Origin: a virus
Taxonomy: Duplodnaviria > Caudoviricetes
Virus record (IMG/VR): IMGVR_UViG_3300021599_001627
Coordinates: 1 to 60,252 of that record
Reading direction: 5' to 3' (one strand)
Length of the DNA: 60,252 nucleotides
Below are positions 42,771-51,570 of this stretch, piece after piece. Below the pieces are notes generated by a model. The model worked only from the letters and a program-made list of their open reading frames with translations. It was not told where the DNA came from and did not search any database. The translations under genes were made by a program, and so were the position numbers. Position 1 is the stretch's first letter; the number at the start of each line of letters is the position of its first letter.

Positions 42771-43616
42771 TCAGAACGTCCCGCAATCCACGGTGATACC
42801 ATCAAACGTGGTGAGGTTTGTGATTGACCCACCTGTAATTGTGACGTTTATGGCGTCTTGCGTGCTAAGGGTACCCAACCCACTGATGTCCGTGTTGGGG
42901 ATAGTGGCACTCGCTGTCAGCGCTGCAGTGCCGGACCCTTTGACGTAGCCCGTCAAGCTGGTGGCACCCGTTCCCCCATAGGCCACGGAAATTGCCGTGC
43001 CCTGCCACACACCGGTGCCAATGGTGCCAACGCTGGTGAGGCTGGAGCTGGTGACCCCACTGCCCAAAGTGCTGCCGCTGAGCACGCTGGTGCCGTTGAT
43101 GTAGAACGCCTTACCGCTAGCAAGATTCAGGTGCTCGCTGCTAGTCCAGGCATCCGTGGCATCAACCCAGTTGAAGGTCTTATCCGTGGTGCCCTTGAGC
43201 GTAATGCCACCGCCATCCGCACCGGCATCAGTGGGACTAGCAGTGTCCCCAAGAACAATGTTTTTATCGTCAACTGTGATCGTGGTTGAGTTGATCGTTG
43301 TCGTCGTGCCGTTTACAGTCAGATCACCACCGACAGTGATATTGCCTGTAGTGCTGAACGAAGCGATGGTGGCACTACTGAGATCAACGGTGCCGGTAAA
43401 CGTCTTATTGCCGCTGATTGTCTGCGATGTGTCCAGCGTGATGTAGGCGCCGCTGCCGCCGATGGCAACAACACTGGTGGCTGAGCCCCCTGCTCCCCCG
43501 GTTCCAACGCCAATGAACAGCTTGGAGCTGTTCTCCGAATAGGCCAGCTCTGCATTGGCCAGCGTTGAAGGCGCTGCCGTAGCGGTTGAGCGTTTGATTC
43601 TGATCGTGTTCGGCAC
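42771..43616 (-). CDS. Tail fibre-like structural protein
   Basis: IRIKRS..AP..L..AELAY, GDLTVNGTTTTINST...VDDKNI, GGTGAT, VDCGTF. Confidence 0.8.
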   Translation of the reverse strand: MPNTIRIKRSTATAAPSTLANAELAYSENSSKLFIGVGTGGAGGSATSVVAIGGSGAYITLDTSQTISGNKTFTGTVDLSSATIASFSTTGNITVGGDLTVNGTTTTINSTTITVDDKNIVLGDTASPTDAGADGGGITLKGTTDKTFNWVDATDAWTSSEHLNLASGKAFYINGTSVLSGSTLGSGVTSSSLTSVGTIGTGVWQGTAISVAYGGTGATSLTGYVKGSGTAALTASATIPNTDISGLGTLSTQDAINVTITGGSITNLTTFDGITVDCGTF

Positions 43617-43664
43617 GGCGGCCTAAGGCTGAAGCTAGCCCCAGCTTATCGCTGGTCTACGATT

Positions 43665-43928
43665 TCAAAAGTTCCCACCGTCGGTAATAGTCTCTTTGGT
43701 TATAGTGCTATCTACTTTGTAAATGCCAGCGGCTCCATCGTAATAAATAAGGCTTTTATCTGTTTTGTTCGTATCGTTGATGTTGAAATTGCCTGGAGGG
43801 CCTTGCTGCCCTTCGGTGACAAGCGCAACAGTACCTGTAACGCCGGCAGAGGTGACAACAACAGATGAGTTGGCTTCGTCAGTGACAGTTATATCGACTT
43901 TGTCTACCGTAACTACGACTTGGTTCAT
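43665..43928 (-). CDS. Structural hypothetical protein
   Basis: GQQGPPG; C-terminal DGGNF. Confidence 0.65.
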   Translation of the reverse strand: MNQVVVTVDKVDITVTDEANSSVVVTSAGVTGTVALVTEGQQGPPGNFNINDTNKTDKSLIYYDGAAGIYKVDSTITKETITDGGNF

Positions 43929-44266
43929 GGGACTGCGGTATAGCCCTCAGCCACGGTCACGGAGCCTTCGAGGTAGTAATCGCGGTCGCCAGAAGCATTG
44001 ATGACCAGGACATCGTACGCCGCTTCGTTCGGAAGGCTCGATGTCGTTGTGTACATCAACTTCAAGCGGACTTTGCCAAGAGGGCGGCTGATGTACTCGA
44101 CGGTGAAATCGGCGTGCTTGGTCGTGCGGCTAATATCCCAGATCTGGGCGGCGACGGTACTGCCTGTAAGATTTATCGGGTTATTATTGCTATCTTTGAA
44201 CTCCAAAATGACGCTGTAATCAGCGCGGCGCTGCAATTTGATGTTGTAGACCCCAGGCTGAATCAT
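43925..44266 (-). CDS. BppU-like adaptor/structural protein
   Basis: PINLTG.T..AQIW, YDVL....G...YYLEG. Confidence 0.7.
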   Translation of the reverse strand: MIQPGVYNIKLQRRADYSVILEFKDSNNNPINLTGSTVAAQIWDISRTTKHADFTVEYISRPLGKVRLKLMYTTTSSLPNEAAYDVLVINASGDRDYYLEGSVTVAEGYTAVP

Positions 44267-44304
44267 GACGAGCTCCTCCTGGGGCAGTTTATCGAGCTCG
44301 GCTC

Positions 44305-44574
44305 TTAGCGAACAAGATTGCGCAATGCCGCTTTGACCGGGTCATACAAGGTGATGACCGTTTGGATTTGCGCGTCAGTGGCGCGTTTGCCGAGGGCGTC
44401 GTTCACCGCGCTCGCGATGACTCCTTCCACCTTGGCAGGGGGTGCGTTGCGAACGAGCAGCTCGGGAAGCTCCGCGTCGAGTCGCTTGTAGATATACGGC
44501 AGGACACGACGGAGGCTCTCATCGAGCGCGGCGCGCAACAGCAGCTTGCTGACACGCAGGAAGAGCTTTTTCAT
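44305..44574 (-). CDS. Hypothetical protein (lysis-like cluster)
   Basis: Start MKKLF via ATGA overlap. Confidence 0.6.
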   Translation of the reverse strand: MKKLFLRVSKLLLRAALDESLRRVLPYIYKRLDAELPELLVRNAPPAKVEGVIASAVNDALGKRATDAQIQTVITLYDPVKAALRNLVR

Positions 44575-44828
44575 GAGTCTGATGGCGGTGGGGTGCTGCG
44601 AGACCGTCCTCGGGTGGAGGAGGTTTGGCTGGGCGACTCTGTGATGTACGCCCACATTGTCGAGGCAGCGCCGCCGGCGACAGTGAAGGCTTGCGTCCAT
44701 TGGTTTCCGCATTGACCTGGGCGACGCAGTTCGCAGCTGAGGACGTTGGCGGAGGCCATTACTAGCATGTATGAATAACAGCCGACGAGCAGCTTGAAGA
44801 CAAGGGATAAGGCAGCAGGATTATTCAT
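44571..44828 (-). CDS. Putative holin-like membrane protein
   Basis: Two hydrophobic segments with C..C between them. Confidence 0.5.
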   Translation of the reverse strand: MNNPAALSLVFKLLVGCYSYMLVMASANVLSCELRRPGQCGNQWTQAFTVAGGAASTMWAYITESPSQTSSTRGRSRSTPPPSDS

Positions 44829-45093
44829 TGTTTACCCCACATCTGGTAGCCGGCGGAATGACTTCTAGCTTTGATACTCGTTGTTCGATGCTGCCAAGAC
44901 GGCTGAGTGTTTCGCGTCGATCGGCTTTGATGTCGACGTGGAGTGTTTCGAGGCGAGTGGCGACGTTCTCGACGGCGGCTGTCAGCCGGATGACAGCATC
45001 GCGACCCTCACGTGAGCGGCTTCCCATGGCACCCAATCCCATAGCGCCCACAGTGATTGAGGCCCCGAGGGCTGCAGCAATGACCTCAACCAC
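44821..45093 (-). CDS. Membrane-anchored coiled-coil protein (lysis-associated candidate)
   Basis: N-terminal hydrophobic helix followed by RL...EQRVSKLE. Confidence 0.6.
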   Translation of the reverse strand: MVEVIAAALGASITVGAMGLGAMGSRSREGRDAVIRLTAAVENVATRLETLHVDIKADRRETLSRLGSIEQRVSKLEVIPPATRCGVNNE

Positions 45094-45150
45094 GACTAAG
45101 GCGAAGGCGACAACCTCAGGGTATCGGTGTTTCGATTAGAGGGTTGCAGC

Positions 45151-45294
45151 TCAGCGACCTTGGCCGCGGGTCTTTTTGCGTCCTCGGCGGGCTGGGCGCG
45201 AATGTTGACCTTGCCCTTGCGCTGTTGTTTTCGGGGGGCCGGACTGGAATTCGCGGCGGAGGCTAGAGATTCCGGTCTTGCTCTTGGTGGCCAA
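45151..45294 (-). CDS. Small basic protein (47 aa)
   Basis: Translated by hand from TTG: MATKSKTGISSLRREFQSGPPKTTAQGQGQHSRPARRGRKKTRGQGR. Confidence 0.6.
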   Translation of the reverse strand: MATKSKTGISSLRREFQSGPPKTTAQGQGQHSRPARRGRKKTRGQGR

Positions 45295-45330
45295 CGCTTA
45301 GCGGCGACTGATCCAAGCTACAGAGAATGA

Positions 45331-46110
45331 TTAACCGGAGTACACGATGTTGACTGCACCAGCATCGAAGGTATCGGTACCGTTAACAGTTGTAATGCGC
45401 ACGCGGTCAAGAACAGCTGCCAGGGTGACACTGCCCCCAGCGCAGGAAGCCTGGGCAGTGTCGCTACTACCGGTTGCTGATGACATCACCCACTGATTCG
45501 CGTTGATGAGGGTAATGGATGCTTCTCCGTGGGAAATGGTAGTAGCGGCTCGCGCTGCGGTTACCAGCAGACCTGTTGTTGAGTTGGCTGTAGATGCTGT
45601 CGACGTGAAAGCTCCTGAGGTATAGCCAGTTGTTGTTACACCGCTAGATGTGCCCAGTTGAATCTGCAGATTAGACGTGCCACTTGTACTGACACCAGCG
45701 AACATGACAGTAATTCGCTTTGTCCAGCTTGGAATGGTGGTGAAATCGATTGATGCGCCACTTGTGCTGGCCTGTGCGGTTGCACGGATGATGCGCGCGC
45801 GGTCGACCCAGCTCTGAGTGCCGGAACCATCTGTTGCTACGACTTGATCAGCAGTGCCAGAAGCTGTAGGGGCGACCAGCAGGCCCAGGTTGGTGGTTGC
45901 CAGAGTCCCGATAGTGATCCATCCGGTATTGGCGGCGTTACGCAGCTTCAGCAGACCCGTCGTGACGTCAGCCCAAGGCTGGTACGCATACGTCGTGGTC
46001 GGGGCGGTGGCTCCGCTGTTCAGCGATACAGCAGCGGCGAGGGCGTTGTTGAGGTCGGCGCGTACGGCGGCGCCGCTGGCGTTATCGATGATGTAATCGT
46101 GTTGCGCCAT
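45331..46110 (-). CDS. Tail fibre-like protein
   Basis: MAQHDYIIDNASGAAVRADLNNAL..NSG..AP..T.AYQ.WAD...LKLRN; LDRVRITTVNGTDTFDAG. Confidence 0.8.
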   Translation of the reverse strand: MAQHDYIIDNASGAAVRADLNNALAAAVSLNSGATAPTTTYAYQPWADVTTGLLKLRNAANTGWITIGTLATTNLGLLVAPTASGTADQVVATDGSGTQSWVDRARIIRATAQASTSGASIDFTTIPSWTKRITVMFAGVSTSGTSNLQIQLGTSSGVTTTGYTSGAFTSTASTANSTTGLLVTAARAATTISHGEASITLINANQWVMSSATGSSDTAQASCAGGSVTLAAVLDRVRITTVNGTDTFDAGAVNIVYSG

Positions 46111-46112
46111 GG

Positions 46113-47405
46113 TCAGTACCTCCTTCCGTAGCCGACTGCGGTGTAGGTGAAGTCGCGGTTCACAGGATTGTCACCGCTGTCATAGAAGGTTAGCTGGAAG
46201 CCACTTGCGCTGATCGAGGCAAGGGTGAAGTGATCACCACTATTAAGATCGATAGGAGTAATATTAACGGCGGGTGCTTGGTAAAACGCATTTTCAAATG
46301 TCGCTGTGTAAGTGGTGGAACTACTGGTCAGCACAGTGGAGTGCGCGACTCGTTGCTGAAGCTCAGCTGTGACACCGAGCTCGGTCACGACAAGGTTCTG
46401 GTTGATTTGGGCGCTTGTTAGGGCGACTTTGAACTCGAACACCCGTCCTCGGAGGAGGTTGTTGGTGCAGACGCGCCAGGCGCTCCAGCTTGAGCCGTAA
46501 TCAAAATCAGGCCACTCATCGATGGGGGCGGTGTTGCTGTCGACGAGTACGGGTATGGTGCCGCTCTCGGTGGTGCGGACGTAGAGCCCGGCGTTGGCGT
46601 CGGTAATGTCGACACCGTCAAAGTCGCCCCATGTATCGATGTAGGCGATGTTCTCGTCCATCGCCGTGATGATGTTGAACGGCTCGACCGCAAGCCGGCG
46701 GGTCAGGTTCAGGTCGTAGACAGCACCGAGGTCGATTAGAGCGTCAAAGGCGTAGCTTCCTGATGTTTTGACCCCGCCGAGGGAGTCGAGCTCGGCGAGC
46801 CCGTCAAAGTTTCCGTCAAGGGCGAGAGAGTCAAAGTCGTATTTGAGGACCAGCCCGCCTCGCCCTGCGTCGTAGTTAAGCCCCGTGAGATCGCCCAGGA
46901 ACCCTGCGGTGTCTTCTTGAACGTCCTGAACGGTCAGGCGGCGTTGGGGTCTAGGCGGCTTGATTGTGGTGATCGCCGCGGCGCTGGAGCGAACACCAGT
47001 ACTGCTGCTGTACTTGAGGAGGTAAGTGCCCTGCAACAGGGGGACGACTGCAGTGTTCTGGGCTCCGGAGACGCGGGGGATTATCTCGGTGCTGTAGTTC
47101 CAGTCCGAGGCTTCGAGGTTGGGGGAGTGATTGATGATGACTTGGCCGCCCACCGTGACGTTGACGTCATCGGTGCGGTCCCAGGTCAGTAGGCCAGTGG
47201 TTTCATCGAGCGGGGTGATGGAGGCACCGCTGATGGTGAGGGGGACGTTGGCTTGGGGGCTGACGTACTGCTGGACGGAGGTGACGTCGGAGCGCACACC
47301 GAGACCGTTGATCGCGACGACTTCGATCTCGTACAGGCCAGGTGCGATGCCAGCGAGGTCGAGTGTCGGGGACTTGGTTGTGACTGTCTGCCAGTTGTAG
47401 CTCAT
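46113..47405 (-). CDS. Tail tip protein J, C-terminal part
   Basis: Begins within an FN3-like domain (NWQTV...GLYEIEVVAIN..G.RS); ends F...FY..P.V.IT...FTYTAVGYG. Confidence 0.8.
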   Translation of the reverse strand: MSYNWQTVTTKSPTLDLAGIAPGLYEIEVVAINGLGVRSDVTSVQQYVSPQANVPLTISGASITPLDETTGLLTWDRTDDVNVTVGGQVIINHSPNLEASDWNYSTEIIPRVSGAQNTAVVPLLQGTYLLKYSSSTGVRSSAAAITTIKPPRPQRRLTVQDVQEDTAGFLGDLTGLNYDAGRGGLVLKYDFDSLALDGNFDGLAELDSLGGVKTSGSYAFDALIDLGAVYDLNLTRRLAVEPFNIITAMDENIAYIDTWGDFDGVDITDANAGLYVRTTESGTIPVLVDSNTAPIDEWPDFDYGSSWSAWRVCTNNLLRGRVFEFKVALTSAQINQNLVVTELGVTAELQQRVAHSTVLTSSSTTYTATFENAFYQAPAVNITPIDLNSGDHFTLASISASGFQLTFYDSGDNPVNRDFTYTAVGYGRRY

Positions 47406-49516
47406 TAGCTTACGAGGCGGTAACGAACTTCGTACTGGAGAGCGGTGGGATCATCTTGCCAACTGAGATAAAGTTTGTTGGTGACTTGACCGTTAGTCGA
47501 AACAGTCGCTGTTGACGCGGTGACGTTTTTGGGGTCACTGGGCTTGCTAACTGTGAGAGGTAGATACGTCTTAGTATTTAGTGGGACGTCCCGTTCGATG
47601 TAATCGTACTTGCTGGGGTGGTGGGCGACTGCTGTGACGACGTACTCGGTGCCGTTCTGTTCTTGGATGTTCAGCACGCGCCAGAGGGATCTGCGCATGC
47701 TGTCGTTGTTGTAGATGAAGACGCCCCCGGTGAGGGGAGTGGCAGTGAATGCCGTGCTCACTGTGATGCGGTTGCCGCTGACGGCAGAAACGGATCGGAC
47801 ATCGACACCTCCGTTCTCCAGGGTGACGTGGACCGTGGGGTTGCCGGTCAAGGGGAGGTCGGTGGCCTCCGGCGCGTCAATCAAGATGAAGGTGGAGCCA
47901 CCTTTTTTGATTCGGCCACCGCGGCGGGCGCCCGAGCGCAGGGGATCGGAGACGGCGATGATCGTGCCGGGTCGGACCGAGATGCCGGCGTCGATGCTGG
48001 TGGTAAAGCTGACGACCTCGGTCTCGTGTTGCTCGGTGTAGAGGAGCCACTCACCGACGCGGCGGGCTTGGCTTCGGCTGGTGCATGCGAAAGCGGTGAC
48101 CTCGGCTGTTACCACTCCGTACTGCGCGATGGCAGCTGGGTCCTCGACAGATTCAAAGGCTGTCTCCTGGAGATTGGTATCCAGGTAACCGACCACGACG
48201 ACGGAGTGCCGCGTCTTGAGGCTGCTTCCGCTGTACTGAAAGCCTTCCTCGCCGACGTTGGTCTGGTTGAAAACGTAGAGAGGGGCAGAGGGACTGTCCT
48301 GAGAAATGGTCAGGGAGCCGGCGCTCCAGTAGGGCATGGCTCGGAACACCGAGCACATATCGTTGATGAGCTTGTACGCCTCGTCTTGATTCTGGATTGA
48401 GATGTTGCACAGGAAGCGAGGCTCGAGGATAGGCGCGTTGTTGCTGTTGTACAGACCGGACGGTACCAGGGTGTTGCAGTACAGACTTGCGGCGTAAAAC
48501 GACCACTTGTCCAGATTGATTGAATGAATGTGTTGACCAAATCCGTAGCGGCAGTTTGTCAGCAGATCCCATAGGCACCAGGCGGGATCGGCGCACCACT
48601 GGGCGGCACTGAAAGTTCCGTCCCATGTGCCGGAGTAGATCAAAGCTCCGTTCTCGGGGTTAACGGAGGCGTTCGAGGGGATTTTGACCTTGATTCCGCG
48701 GATGCGATAAGACCGCGAAGGAATCGAGGAGAACTCTTTGGCGTTGATCTCCCAAGCGACCATCGCGCTGTTCGGATAGGTCAGTTTGGCATCAACAATT
48801 TCGGTGTAGCTGGTCCATTTGAAGTCGTCTTGAACCTTGACGTTGCTTGTGTCGTCCGTGAGACGTTCGACACGGATTTGGGCCGGGAACGCTCCGTCTA
48901 TAGGTACATTGTGGCTTTTTTGGAATGGGTCTGCTGAACGTCCGCTTACCGCGTGTGTGTCACCTACTTGTTGGAAACTACCACCGGAATACGCAATAAG
49001 GATTTTGTATTTGACCTTGAGCCCTTCAATGTCGCCGTTATCCTCTAGCCTCTGCAGAGCTTGCCAAGTCAAAGTGACCCGAACTCGGTCCACGTTTGTG
49101 TCATTGATCTGGCGGGTGACGGGTGCTTTCTCTTTGACCTCGACATCGACGCCGACTTCGCGCTCAACAGCAGTGAATCCTGGTATGTATTCCTGGTTTT
49201 GTGTGCCCCAGCGAACTTTAAGATCGTTATCGTCTACGCGTTGAAAGTTGTAGTCGGTCTTATTCAGGTCGCTGATCTTAGCCGCGGCTTGGAGGATAGG
49301 CGTCTTGTCGAGGTAGATGTCCTTCAGCATCGCCTTGTCGTAGTCGGCGCTGCCACGGGTGTAGGCGCGTGCGGATGGGAAGCCCTCGATCTCGCCCTCG
49401 CTGATCAGGTCGATGACACGGGCGTAGGCCCGCGAATCAAGGTTGTCCTCATCAGTGGATGGGCTGTAGGAGCCACCACCGCCTTTACCCCCGCCGCCGG
49501 CACCGATGATTGTCAT
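47405..49516 (-). CDS. Tail tip / host-specificity protein J (lambda gpJ-like), N-terminal part
   Basis: IDLISEGEIEG, IRGIKVKIPSN, DPAWCLWDLLT..RYG.G, EPRF.CN, ACTSR.QA.R.G.W. Confidence 0.92.
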   Translation of the reverse strand: MTIIGAGGGGKGGGGSYSPSTDEDNLDSRAYARVIDLISEGEIEGFPSARAYTRGSADYDKAMLKDIYLDKTPILQAAAKISDLNKTDYNFQRVDDNDLKVRWGTQNQEYIPGFTAVEREVGVDVEVKEKAPVTRQINDTNVDRVRVTLTWQALQRLEDNGDIEGLKVKYKILIAYSGGSFQQVGDTHAVSGRSADPFQKSHNVPIDGAFPAQIRVERLTDDTSNVKVQDDFKWTSYTEIVDAKLTYPNSAMVAWEINAKEFSSIPSRSYRIRGIKVKIPSNASVNPENGALIYSGTWDGTFSAAQWCADPAWCLWDLLTNCRYGFGQHIHSINLDKWSFYAASLYCNTLVPSGLYNSNNAPILEPRFLCNISIQNQDEAYKLINDMCSVFRAMPYWSAGSLTISQDSPSAPLYVFNQTNVGEEGFQYSGSSLKTRHSVVVVGYLDTNLQETAFESVEDPAAIAQYGVVTAEVTAFACTSRSQARRVGEWLLYTEQHETEVVSFTTSIDAGISVRPGTIIAVSDPLRSGARRGGRIKKGGSTFILIDAPEATDLPLTGNPTVHVTLENGGVDVRSVSAVSGNRITVSTAFTATPLTGGVFIYNNDSMRRSLWRVLNIQEQNGTEYVVTAVAHHPSKYDYIERDVPLNTKTYLPLTVSKPSDPKNVTASTATVSTNGQVTNKLYLSWQDDPTALQYEVRYRLVS

Positions 49517-50085
49517 GACTTGACGCGCTCGGTGGAGACGCCGGCACTAACCACGATGCTGCCGACGACGGTTTCGCCGTAGACGATGGGGATGGGGAGG
49601 CCAGCACGGCTGACGTTTTGGATGCCGGAGAAGCTGTAGGACTTCTGCTTCGGGTCTTTCTGTTCCTGAGATGTCTGTGGTGTAGGTGCCAGCAGCTGGG
49701 CAACACCCCCGAGAACGAGGCTGGCGCCGATGCCGAAGGCAATGCTCTTGAGTGCAATCCCAGCCAGGAGCGCGGTGCCGGGGATGAAAAAGGAAGCGGC
49801 GACCAGGAGGGCCCCGACGATGATGCGACCGATGGCTCCGGCGCCGGAGAGCACTGGGGTGATGGTGATAACTTCCTCGGCGCCCACGGGGTAGTGGATT
49901 TCGTCCTCGGTGAGGATGTGGCGGCCGGCGCGCACGCGGTAGTGCTGCTCGACCATGTGCACTTCGAGGTGGGGGAAATTGGCGATCAGGAAGCGGACGG
50001 CCTCGGCTACAGATGACACGTCAGCGCGGAAGGTGTGCTGCCCGAGCTCTTTGGCCAACCGTCCGTAGACACGTATGAGGCGCAT
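49513..50085 (-). CDS. Tail assembly protein I (lambda gpI-like)
   Basis: YG.LA..LG, LVLGGVAQLLAP, SYSFSG.QN..R.G.PIP.VYG. Confidence 0.9.
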   Translation of the reverse strand: MRLIRVYGRLAKELGQHTFRADVSSVAEAVRFLIANFPHLEVHMVEQHYRVRAGRHILTEDEIHYPVGAEEVITITPVLSGAGAIGRIIVGALLVAASFFIPGTALLAGIALKSIAFGIGASLVLGGVAQLLAPTPQTSQEQKDPKQKSYSFSGIQNVSRAGLPIPIVYGETVVGSIVVSAGVSTERVKS

Positions 50086-50088
50086 AGT

Positions 50089-50817
50089 TCAGCCGCGCTG
50101 GAGCTTTGTCCAATCGTAATGGCGGATGATTTTTCCGGTACATTTCTGGAGCCAGCCACCGTATAGATCACAGCTACTAAGACGACCACGTAGATGATGT
50201 AGTAAGAGTTGATCGCCTACATAGACACCAATATGGTCGAGCCCCGTACTGTTTAGTGAGAGCAAGATGGCGTCGCCACGTTTTAGTTCGTCGTCCTCGG
50301 GGACACGGGTGAATCCGGCTTCTTGCCAACAGTCGTCGAAAAAGGGTTTTCGCTCGAATTCCAGGGGGTCGATGGGACGGTCCCAGTCACGGATGTGAAC
50401 GCCGTTCTCGGCGTACCAGTCACGCACCAGGGCCCAGCAGTCGGTCAGGCTCCAGACCCATTCGCGGCCGACGAGCGGAGCGCGGAAGCCACACGGTTCG
50501 ATGTGGTCCCAGGTGCTTAGGTCCGGGTTGCAGATGGACCACGGAAGGCCGGACTTTTCGCAACCGACGCGATCAGCTTCGCTGGCGCTGGCGGCGGTGT
50601 ACGGGTGGCTGTGGAAGACCTCGATGATTTGGCCGGCGTCCTCGGTGGCGGCGTAGTCATCAGGATCCAGGATGAACATCTCCGAGGCGTTGGCAGCCCG
50701 GTTGCGGCAGGGGAAGTAGCGCTCACGGCCTTTGACGATGGCTACGAGGCCGCAAGCTTCTCGGGGATGTTCAGCGCGGGCGTGAGCGAGGGCGGCAGCG
50801 CGGGTGTCGTCGTTCAT
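50089..50817 (-). CDS. Tail assembly protein K (JAB/MPN plus NlpC/P60)
   Basis: PREACGL, FHSHP...SEAD, DCWALVRDWY, HIGVY.G..LLHH; start MNDD at 50817. Confidence 0.9.
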   Translation of the reverse strand: MNDDTRAAALAHARAEHPREACGLVAIVKGRERYFPCRNRAANASEMFILDPDDYAATEDAGQIIEVFHSHPYTAASASEADRVGCEKSGLPWSICNPDLSTWDHIEPCGFRAPLVGREWVWSLTDCWALVRDWYAENGVHIRDWDRPIDPLEFERKPFFDDCWQEAGFTRVPEDDELKRGDAILLSLNSTGLDHIGVYVGDQLLLHHLRGRLSSCDLYGGWLQKCTGKIIRHYDWTKLQRG

Positions 50818-51566
50818 CAGACGGTGTACTGACCGATGCCGGGGAAGCCTCCGAAGGGGAGTGATTGATTCACCCCGAAGCGTTTCTCGCAGCTGGTCAC
50901 TCGTTTGCCGCAGACGTCGAGGCTTTCCGAGGGGGTCGTGTTGTCGCTCTCGTCGTAGAAAGCGGTGCCGACGTAGCCACACTCGGTGCTGCGGTACTGC
51001 CACTGGCAGATGTTGCCAATAGTTTGGCGCTTGGGGGCCCGGACACCGGCGAGATCGAACGCAGCGACGAGCTCGAATTCCACGAGGTCGCGTGTCTCGG
51101 TGGCCTTGCGGTCGATGTAGTAGATCTCGTCTGGGAGGGACGCCGTGGAGTCCGGGGTCCCGAACGGATTGGTGTTTCCCTCGAAATTCACGGCGTCGAG
51201 GAAGCGCGCAAGGGTGCGGATTCGTTTGACCTCGGCACCGACGAGGTCGGAATTGGCTGTGATCTGGTTGATCTCCAGCAGGACGGCGGTGATGGTTCCG
51301 TCGACGTTGGCAATGCGGATTTTGGGGCGAGGGAGCGAGCCCTGGCCGGAGTACTCAAAGCCGTCAGCTTCGACTGGCCAGGCGTAGTAAGTTGCGCCAC
51401 CCCAGACGACGTGGCCTGAAACGGCCTTGGCGTTGACGCCGGAGTGGAAGCGGTAGACCTCGCAGGCGCCGTGGAGACGTGGGGAGGTTTTGACTTCGAA
51501 GAGTTCGATCAGCGCACTCGGGTGAAGACTGGCGAGCTCGGTGCGAACCTGGGCGGTGATGGTCAT
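50817..51566 (-). CDS. Minor tail protein L (lambda gpL-like)
   Basis: IELFE, LPRPKI, RTLARFLDAVNF, CQWQYRSTECGY, DVCGKR..SC..RFG...LPFGGFPG. Confidence 0.93.
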   Translation of the reverse strand: MTITAQVRTELASLHPSALIELFEVKTSPRLHGACEVYRFHSGVNAKAVSGHVVWGGATYYAWPVEADGFEYSGQGSLPRPKIRIANVDGTITAVLLEINQITANSDLVGAEVKRIRTLARFLDAVNFEGNTNPFGTPDSTASLPDEIYYIDRKATETRDLVEFELVAAFDLAGVRAPKRQTIGNICQWQYRSTECGYVGTAFYDESDNTTPSESLDVCGKRVTSCEKRFGVNQSLPFGGFPGIGQYTV

Positions 51567-51570
51567 GAGA

